DNA of 62,052 bases, the filler included, from Intoshia linei (taxonomy: Eukaryota; Animalia; Orthonectida), in assembly GCA_001642005.1 (NCBI GenBank). It is 4 parts of 4 records of this genome, joined end to end, with 100 filler letters (N's around TTAATTAATTAA, not from the genome) between each part and the next. Parts side by side here need not be neighbours in the genome. Positions count along the whole stretch, not along the records: positions 50,291 to 54,922 come from LWCA01001897.1; positions 55,023 to 62,052 come from LWCA01001621.1; 2 more parts are not named here. The stretch is one strand, 5' to 3'. The position numbers were made by a program, and so were the translations under genes. This document shows, piece by piece, positions 52,123 through 62,052 of the stretch. How positions within the stretch are numbered: position 1 is the first letter of the stretch; every line of letters begins with the position of its first letter. The notes under the pieces are model-generated. The model saw only the letters and a program-made list of their open reading frames with translations, was not told the DNA's origin and ran no database searches.

Positions 52123-54922
52123 TTTCTTGTATAAAATTATATTTTATTATTTTGGACTTTGTTACTATAATAAACAAATAATGGTTGGAAAATACTGAGT
52201 ATGTTGTTGAAATGTACAGTGTATGCTATTTCAACATTATAATAAGAATATAATGTATATTATAAATTGTATAATACACTACTATAGTACAGCAGTGATT
52301 CGCAACGTGGTTCACAGAAAAATTTCGGTGGTCCATAGCTTCCATTAATATAATTTAAACATTTGGAAAAATGAGGCCCCTATTTCTCCAAAATTTCGTT
52401 TAGGTCCTCCGAAAAAATCTAAACTTTAGTAAAATATTTACGCGCCATTTAATAAAGTTATTTTTAAAAATTGAGCATTTAAATATTTCGAATGGCTATT
52501 GAAAAAATAAAATTTATAAAATGCCTTGAACATGGTAATTACAAAAGTGTATTCATTACATTAAAAATTAACAATTTTTTGTTATCTTACATTGATACTT
52601 TTTAATAAATAATTACATTTAGATGAACTTTGTTTTTTTAAGACTTGTTCGACTGATGGTCCAAAATTTGGAAAATCTTATTATATTTGTTCGAACAAAA
52701 ATACTTGCAAATTTATTATACGCATTGAGTACGTCTTTTGTATCATTTGTATTTAGTTATGTATCATTTTGACATTACAATAATCTTTTTTCAAATAATT
52801 AACTGACATTTTTCTTTATTTAAACATGTAAACGTATTTAAATACATATTTAACATTTAACATACATCTTTTATTTTACGTAAATTTTAAATTATTTAGG
52901 GACAAAATCGATAATCGTTGTGTAAACCATAATGCATTTATAGATCTCTGCAAAATTAGCCTTAATCATCGTCAACCTAGGTTTATTTTTTTATTTTGAT
53001 TATAAATTTTAAATTGATAAATTATAAATATAGAAAGTTGACGATTTTTAATTGACGGAAATTTGTATTGGTTCGATTGTTTTTACTAATACAGATAGGG
53101 TTTTTTGAACAATAAAATAATTTGTTAACCTAAATTACTACAAAGTATATATCAGTGGTTCTCAAACGTTTTTTTTATAACTCACATATATTTTTAAATG
53201 CATAAAATTTACTATACATGTATTGAGCGTTTCTCGATTTTTTTCAAGAATCTGCCGATAAAACCAATGATACTCTTAAAAATATTATAGTTTAATGTAA
53301 TTTTAGCGAAGAACAGTAAGGAATGATTTTAACATTTTATCAAATGACACAGAAAAATTTTAATTTTTTTATTATAAAAAAATGTTTTGTTTTGTGTACT
53401 TGTCAAAATATTATAGAAAAAAGGGTAGGTTCTTACAGTGCCGAACCGATCGTACCGAAGTCTCTACAAATGTGTGAAAATTTTGTAAAATCTGGGCCTC
53501 ATTTTTCCAAATTTCAACTTTAAAAATTGTTGAATATAATGACTATTTTATGTGTTAAATTGAAAATGTAAAATCAAGAGCCTTATAGAGGTGATTATGG
53601 CTATATTACACAAGGCATCGTGTGTGAAATTTTTTTAAGGGTCTTATAGGTTTTATTATTTTCGTATAACCTTGAGCATGTTAGGTTCTGCTCTGAGTTC
53701 TTTTATCGTTGAGAACCACTATACAATGTAATGTATATTATACACTGCAGTGTACTGGTTTGATATAAAAATTATACTACAACTTTAAATCACTTGGAAA
53801 AGTAACTACTTGTACTTTCATTAAAAACATCAATATACATGTTTATAGGCAATATTTTCGATGTATCATTAAAAAAGCACAAGATGGCAAATGGTGCGGA
53901 CTGATTGAACGACCTGATCTAAAATATTTGAAAACCGAAAAATCAGTATTATTTAATGTTTTTATTTTTAAGAAATCAATTAGATTTTGTATATTATAAT
54001 ATTTATAATTATTCTTGTTAAATTATCAGACTTAAATTAGAGGGTCATATTATATATCGGTTACAAAATGGGGTACTGGGACCCCTAGTGGGTTATTTAT
54101 TATTAATTAATTAATTATTAAAATTATTTCGGTTTAATTTTACCAAAATTGAAGTAAACATAAAAATGATAATAACTAAGCTATACTTTAAGACTTGAAG
54201 TTCAAGTGATTTTAAACTTTTTAAAAATTAAATTAAAATTAATAAATTAAGAATAAATTTATGAAATATCCATCCATATTTCTGTATTGGAACTGTGTAG
54301 ACGTTCAATGCACATTTTTTTGAAAATGTAGGATGATTATTCTACTTTTTAATTTTTAATCAAACATTTGAAAAATATTGGTTTGATAATAAAAATTAAT
54401 ATTATAAATTAATTTTCACAAGGAATGCGTAGATTTCTGGGTTGAAATTTGGTATTTATATTAACTGTAATAAGCTGTATCAGCATAATTTTTTTTTTAA
54501 TTGTGGGACTGTTAATTATTTCAAATTTTTTGTATTAATAAAATAGTTTTGAAATAAAAAAAAATGAATACTAAAGTGCTTTTTTGACCGTAAAGACGTA
54601 ACTTTGTCAGATTGACTTTTTTGTATTTTAACTGAATATAGCTGTATCAACTGTAATTTTTTTAAATTCTAGGACTTTCCATTTTTTAAAAAAAAGGAAA
54701 ATATGGCGTTGTTGAACTTGAAGAACTCAATTTCTAAAATGAAATTTGCGATAAAACATCAACTCGAAAAACTCTACAAATATAGAATTTTTAAAACTCG
54801 ACTCCTCTTACTTTTTTAAACAAACACAAATAAATAAACAGACACATTTTTAACTAAATTACTTTATATATTAGGTGATTCACAAAGTTATGTCGTTTTT
54901 ATTGATACAATTGATTAGAAAC

Positions 54923-55022
54923 NNNNNNNNNNNNNNNNNNNNNNNNNNNNNNNNNNNNNNNNNNNNTTAATTAATTAANNNNNNNNNNNNNNNNNNNNNN
55001 NNNNNNNNNNNNNNNNNNNNNN
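54923..55022. other. Assembly gap
   Basis: N-run with TTAATTAATTAA linker. Confidence 0.98.
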
Positions 55023-56265
55023 TTTTAATCACTGATATAATTCTTCTGGCAATGAAGCATACAACCCTTAAATAGTTTTTAGAAATACTCGGTTCCATTC
55101 GTCGTGTAAATATCTCCATAGTTATTCTAAGTTGACTGGATGTAGCTTATAAACCGTTTCATCTTTCTTATAAATTTTTCAAATATTTCACATCTCTTCA
55201 ATAATGTTTAAATCTAGACTTTGTACTGGTCAATCTTTTAATTTTTTTATACAATTACCCCTTATAAATGGCCTGGTTATCTTTGCTGTTTGACACGGTT
55301 CACAATCTTGATGTGTGCACAAAAATGTTATTCGTTTGATTTTCTAATGATTCTCTGGTATTGTTGAACATGTATTCCTCCTATACACTTTATTAATACT
55401 CTTTTTCCATTTTCCCTAATACCACCCAAATCATATTTTAGTTGGTATATGTAATACTTATACTTATATACGTTGATAAAAATTTCGTTTTTTACGTTTT
55501 CGAACGTATACACTTTTTTTTGTAAATAATTCAAATCAACTTTCATCAGTGAAGCTTATATTTTTCCATTCGTTCGTCCATGCCACTTTTTACTTACACC
55601 TTTTAAAACGGTTTTCGACTTGCAATTTTTCCATATAATCCAAATCTATATAACACACGTTGCAACGTCTTTAAACTGGGCTTTTTGTAATGCTGGAGCG
55701 TATTTTAATTTTTAATACTGTCAAGCAATGGTTTTTATTTGATTCCGTTATTATAATAGTCTCTTCTATGGCTGTCAGCATGCGTTTTCCATCTGATCTT
55801 GGCAAGTAAGCTATGCATAAACCTTTTTTGTATTTTTAATAATATTTTAAAACGCACATCGATAAATACTAAAGGTTTTACTTATAAAACCCTGACTTTT
55901 GTCTTCCTTGCATTAAGACACGGTATTATATCTTTTTTTCACTTATTTGCGTCATTTACTAAAATAGTTATTTTATAGATCATTAGTAATTCATTACCTT
56001 TTCGTTTTTATGGATATTTAATTAATTTTAATTGAAATTATCAAGGTGCTTAAGACTTATGTCGTCAATATTTTTAATATTGCAAAGAAAAGCGTATAAA
56101 TGTATCTTTTTATAGGTAGTTTATGACATCAGCATGGTTATATATTGGTGATATCAGTCTTTAAGTAGTCTGATATTTAATTTCAAGTTCAAGATTCGCC
56201 TTATTAACTTTATGGTGGTTTTTAATGAGAATGTGTAGAGTGTCTAAGACTTATGTCGCGCACTG
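55023..56265 (-). mobile_element. Degraded Tc1 element with IR/DR-type end
   Basis: Terminus TA|CAGTGCGCGACATAAGTCTTAG with the inner repeat TAAGACTTATGTCG at 56051-56064. Transposase relics SFTDES, HQDCEPCQTAK and *PVQSLDLNIIEE. Confidence 0.82.
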
Positions 56266-56639
56266 TATTAGCAAACATGTTATTATTCAAATTTTATGAA
56301 GTTGTTCCGAAATTCAATATTAATTTTTTAACCATCATACCCATAACATAAAATAAAGACTTTTTTTTAAAATTGTAGGATGAATAATTACTTTTTAAAT
56401 TTTAATCCATTTAAATAATATTGATTGATAATATTTAAAAATTAGTTTTCACTGGGAATGAGTATATTTCTGGGGTTGAAATTTTGTTTTTATATTTACT
56501 GGAATAAGCTCTATCAGAATAATCGTTTTTTGTAATTGTAGGAACGTTAATAATTTCAAATTTTAATAAAATAGTTTCGTAATAAAAAAATGAATACTAA
56601 TGCTTTTTTAATCGTGAAGGTGTACTTTGTCAGATTGAA

Positions 56640-57180
56640 ATTTTTTTAAAATTCTAGGACTCTTTTCATTTTCCAAACAAAGGATAATCTGGTTTTAATC
56701 GTGAAAATGAAATTTTTGAGGTTTGCGATTGAAAATAATGTTTATGATTGTAAAAACCAATCCAAAATTTATGACTATTAAAAATCAAATCTTTTTTTAA
56801 ATATTTATTAAAATTAAAGGATTTCATTTTTAAAAAAGGATAATCTGGTTTTGATTGTCAAAATTTACTTTTTTGGGTTGCGATTTACGATAATGGTTAT
56901 AATTTAAAAAATATACAGAATTTGTTTTATAAATATATCTCTGGAGACTTTTTTCATTTTTAAAAGAGGGTAATTTGTGGTTTTGACAATGAAAATGTAA
57001 ATTTATGAGGTTGAGATTTACGGCAATAGTAATTACTATAAAACACGTTAGATAATTTTTTAAAAAGGGTCATTTGTGGTTTTAATTATGGGTGTGCAAG
57101 TTTCTAAAGTTGAATTTTACCACAATATTAATGATTTTAAAAAATGTCTCAGTATTTATTTTATAATATTCTAGGAATTT
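56640..57180 (+). repeat. Degenerate tandem repeats of about 130-140 bp (repeat-family interior)
   Basis: Recurrent AAAGGATAATCTGGTTTT...GAAAAT...TTTTGAGGTTGCGATT units; also homologous to 54270-54760 and 43350-43550. Confidence 0.6.
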
Positions 57181-57339
57181 TTAATTAGAGTAAATTTGTA
57201 TATAAACCAATCTGAATTGTAATTTTGATCATGTTTAGTATTATTTTTTCTAAAAATCACAAAACAAAAACATCAAATTAATAAAAATGTATTCAATTAA
57301 TTAATTCAAATTAATTAAATTATATCTATACAATTTTGA

Positions 57340-58674
57340 TCATAAATCTGATTGAAAATTGATGGTATTAATTTTGTGGTTTGGTTTGGAATCATTTACA
57401 AGTAAAATTTGAGTATTGTCCGTGTCTGTAAAACCTTCCTTCTTGACATTATCGGAAGATAAATTTGTATCAGTAAACGCTATCTGTTTTAAATTTGTAC
57501 CTTTAAAATCATCAATACTGAGTAATTTTACTACAGGTTTGACATCATTTTTAAGTGAAGATTGGCGCACTGAAAGAAAAGTTTCCTTATTTGGAGAAAT
57601 GGAAGATAAAACCTTGGGTAGTAAGGGTGGTCTAATAACGAAGGGTGTTGATTTAATACAATTGGGATTGTTAGGTTCATTAAATTCAGTCGTAAAAAAA
57701 TTAAATGAACTACTGGCTAGTGATTCGATATTCATTAAACTATTGTCAAGATTAGTATTGATAGAATTAACAAAATGTTGTGTTGTGAAATTCAAATCAG
57801 ACGCAGAAGAATCATTCAAAAGTAAACTAGGATTAATTTGAAAATCATCCATTTCATGATCACAGCTAATATTGAAAACTACTTTCCCTTGAATATTTGT
57901 ACATTTTTCAACTATTATTACAGCACTGCTGATGAGTTCTTCTAAATCTGCATCTTTTTGTAAATGCGGCATTAAATGACGCTTAGCGTGACCTTTGCAC
58001 TTATCTCGACGATAAAAAGCGCGTTTGCATATCTTACAAGCATAACGACGTAGCCCCGTATGTATGGGTCTATGTCTAAGTAGACAACTTTTGGTGCTAA
58101 AATGTTTGAGACATGTATGACACACATACACATTATGCATGTTTCTGCAATGCTGGAAATAATGCGCAACTTGCATAGTTTCATGGCATAGAGTGCAATA
58201 AATATTAGTGTCCAGATTTTGACCGGCACCCAAATACTCGCCAATTTCTTCATCGTGCAATTGATCATCAAAAGTTCGTCTGCGTTTTCTGAATAGGCTT
58301 TCAACGTTGTGTTTTTTAGGCGACGGTGTAGTGATAGTTGATTGAATTAAATTTGTCACAATTGGTTCACGCAAGTTTGCTTGATTTTCATTCTTTGGTT
58401 TATCGCGAATATTTGTATCCACCTTTACTGGTGATTTAATTTTACGTTTGTTTTTCATTTTTCCATTGGATAATTTATTTATTTTCTCTTCTAAACCCAA
58501 ATATACACCAAATGTTGATAATTAATTACCAAACGTTAAAAATTCATCAAATTTGATAAACTGCATCATTCCATCAATAGTAAATGTCAAAACACCAAAA
58601 ATTTTCAGCCTTGTACGAAAAGACACATTATCCATGCATAATTTTAAAATTTTTTGTTTTAATTCTTCGTGCAT
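57340..58674 (-). CDS. C2H2 zinc-finger protein (about 431 aa, 2 exons)
   Basis: Exons 58530-58674 and 57340-58490 separated by a 39-nt GT-AG intron. Fingers CTLC..H...H, CHTCLKHFSTKSCLLRHRPIH-TGLRRY-ACKICKRAFYRRDKCKGHAKRH. Confidence 0.85.
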
Positions 58675-60134
58675 CTATACATTTATTAATAGTTCAAATT
58701 TTAAAATGTATAGAAATGAAATTAAAAATTTTTAAGGGTAAACAATATATCGTATGCCAAAAATGAATTTAAATTACCTCTAGAATTGAATCACATGCAA
58801 TTTAATGTGTAGATCTTAATAAATTTTAAATTTAATTCTTGTTTGAAATAAACTGGTTACTCCAATGTTATGGGAGACACACCAATTATCAGACTCACAA
58901 ACAAACCATGATATCTACTGGTTACATGACCGTTTCTATAGTTTAATATTGATCAATGTCTACACTGTAGACTCTACAGCGCATTACATAGTTTCAAATG
59001 GACACTTGACCTATTTTTAATATTTTAATATATTGCAGGTTATTGTTTACAATTACATAAGTACATCACATGTAGAATAAATTTGAAAATTTTAATTTTT
59101 TCAATGATTCCATTGATTATAAGATTGCTTCGAATAATGAATACATAAAATATAGTAGTGTAGTTTTAAATTTTGAGTAAAATTGGTTTAGGGTGGAAAT
59201 TAAAATTTTCAAGAAAAATTGAATGATTTGGAAAAAAAATCTTAATTAAAATGTAATTTAAAATAAAAAATACTATTTGAAGGGTCGAAAGGTTGTGTGA
59301 AAAATATTAATAAGAATAACACCGACGACACATTGAATTAAAGTGGTCAGAAAAAATACGTACTATCAATTTTACTTATTTAGTTACTACTTATAGTTAT
59401 TAGTATACTACCTATTTAGTTATTTATTTGCTTATTTAGTACTTTTTGAAATATCTTAGAAACAAAAAAAATAATAAAATTTGAATTGAAAGTTCTAACA
59501 ATTTGAAATTTAAAAAGAATTAACAATTTAAAATATGAAATGTAAATGTTAATTTTATTGGTATTTATCATTGCAAATTATTTTTTTACATAATTATCTG
59601 ATTTTCCAAATTTTTGTAAAAATCAATAAATTTTCTTTACAATTATAATTTTTTTGGCATAATTACAAAATAATTAATTTTTATTAATTAATAAATTTGA
59701 AGTGATCTAAATTAAACGATATAAAGTGTGTTTTTATAACTGTCAATCAGATTCTGAATGAATAGTTTTACATACAAACTTAAAATGTAGTGTGGAATTT
59801 AATGTAATTAATTACTACTGTATAACCAAAACTTTTTAATATTTTTTTATTAAATTTTTTATTATATGTGATTTATAAAATCATCCAATCAATCATCAAA
59901 TAATAACAAAATATAAAATTTTTAAGATTTTGTATTAATTTTCAAGTCTTCAATTTGAACTTTTTTAAGAAAAGTTTTCTTCAACAAATAAATGTATCAA
60001 GATCTTCAATCTAATTTGCGAGAAACCGAGTTTATTTTCTGGTAGCGACTCGCTACCAGAAATCGCTACTACATAATGCAGACTGCATAATAGGGGTGTG
60101 ATGTTTTATACTTTTTTTCGAAATTTCATGGTTC

Positions 60135-61733
60135 AAATACTGATAAAGTTGCATGTGATAGTTTCATGATAATTGTAAAAAGAAGAAAAATTTTTGAAAA
60201 TTTTTATTGGAAGAGCTTGTCATTTTAAAAATTTCATACAAAAATGTTATATAAAAACTAAAATATAACTTTATTTACTGGAATGTTACGATGATATCCT
60301 GTATTTATGTTTTGAGTGGTCTTGTGTTGATCGTCATGTTTGGTTGTTCACTTTGCACCTTTAAATTTAAATTTCAAATCAACACAAGACCACTCAAAAC
60401 ATAAATACAGTATCTTATCGTAGCATTTCAGTAAATAAAGTTATATTTTAGTTTTTGTAGAACATGATTGGGGTCTTGTGCAGTTTAGAGCCATTAGTTT
60501 GAACTTTTTAAATCAACTTTATTATTTTTAATTTTTAAAATTTTAAGAATATTGTTAACGTTTATAATATAATATCGACTTTATCATCACATGAATTATA
60601 ATTTATTAGACGATATGAAGGCATCAGGTGTTTTTGAGCGAACTAAGGACATTGAATCTACATTATCGTTTTGTAAACAATTTGGTTGATATTTATATTA
60701 TATTATATAATTTATTAAATAGGTTTACTTAGTACCAAAAAAATATGTCCCATGTGTGGTAGAGAAATGTTTTTTCCAAAAAAAGCTTGTATTGATGAAT
60801 TCGAGTGGAGATGTTCCGTGCCATGTAAAAAAATACTATCAATTCGAAATGGTAGCTTTTTTGAAAAGTCATTTATCTTTCTCAAATTTGTTTGGCGTAG
60901 ACGGTATTAGAAATTGTAAAACTGAATAACCCAATTTATAGATTTTGCGAAAACACTGCATTCAGAAGTATTATAGAACATATGGCTCTCGTTTACCCTA
61001 AATAATTATTAATTATATTTTGTTTATGAAATTAACCAATAAATATTTTTTAAAAATTCTATTTGAAATAATTTTTAAAAAACTAAACAATTTTCAATCG
61101 TTTTCATTTAAATATGCGTACAATTAGATTGTTAGAAATGATGTACTATAAATATACTTTAAAAATAACAATAAAGTTGATTTAAAAAGTTCAAACTAAA
61201 GCGGCCAGATTTTTAACGTACTAGTTACTTAAAAACCAAAATAAAATAAAATTTAAAATCTCAGTCGAAATTGAATTTAAAATAAATATTTATTTATACA
61301 TTTATATTACATTAGTATTTATCATTAGACATAATTTTTACACAAATCATTGTTATATAGTATACATTTATAAAAATCAGAACATTTTTTTTGACTATTT
61401 TGAAATCTTTTAAAGAAATCATTATTAATTACTAATTAAGTTTGTTTTACTTTAAAATTGAAATTGAAAAATATTAATAAAGTGTGCTTTTAATTTAATT
61501 ACAATTGAGATCGTTTATTTCAAATATAACGTAAATAAACATCTTTCTATACAAATTTTTACGTTTACATAGAAATTATCGTATTTTTAACTTAAAAAAA
61601 TACGTATATCTGGCCACTTTATCTAAACTGCACAAGTTTGTATTTAATTTTTAAAATGGCTAGCTCTTCCACTAATAAATTTCTTCTTTTCACGATTATT
61701 ATAAAACTATCACACGCAACTTTATCAGTATTT
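60135..61733 (+). mobile_element. Merlin-derived element with long compound inverted repeats
   Basis: Inverted blocks 60137-60230/61650-61733 and 60495-60530/61160-61199. Internal ORF from ATG 60591: ...FCKQF^GLLSTKKICPMCGREM...DEFEWRCSVPCKKILSIRNGSFFEKS, with a 38-nt intron at 60685-60722. Confidence 0.75.
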
Positions 61734-62052
61734 GTGTAATGAATTAGATATTTAAGATCAAAGATATAAATTTTATATAAATATAATATTTAAAGTAAAT
61801 TATTTTCACGATAATTGATAAGGTCATAGTGACTAACTTTATTCATTACACCTATTTTCCCAAAACTTTATCCCATTGAAATTTTGAAGGTGGGCGGCAT
61901 TTTGACCTATCTCTAAGTTTATATATTGATTGCTGTTTGTGAGAGCGATTGTAAATTAGAGAAAAATTTTTATCAAAGTAATTAGAAGATTTTTGTATTT
62001 TCTTATCAAAATTATGTTTAACCCGTTCATTATGGATACATTTGGTTTTTTT

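Overview
Very AT-rich animal (metazoan) genomic scaffold with three 100-nt assembly gaps and many 36-44-nt introns. This is consistent with a compact spiralian parasite such as the orthonectid Intoshia, but that is inference. Host genes reconstructed by hand: (1) a 13-exon secreted protein of about 575 aa with TWO complete DNase I domains fused in frame (6089-17904, +); (2) a USP9X/USP24-type deubiquitinase whose visible part is one 6.6-kb exon (28383-34979, +); (3) an 18-exon MATE/SLC47 transporter of about 515 aa that lacks the key coupling glutamates (35052-45605, -), plus the last two exons of a paralog; (4) the 5' half of DNAAF1/LRRC50 (-); (5) a C2H2 zinc-finger gene (-). Just upstream of the USP exon is a degraded endogenous alphavirus-supergroup (virga-like) RNA-virus element. 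It has SF1 helicase and capping methyltransferase fragments in reversed order, is joined to an LTR-retrotransposon gag-like fragment, and has a second diverged partial copy nearby. The rest is dense transposon debris: Merlin (with host-size mini-introns), Tc1, Chapaev3, piggyBac, hAT, Ty3/gypsy and MITEs.
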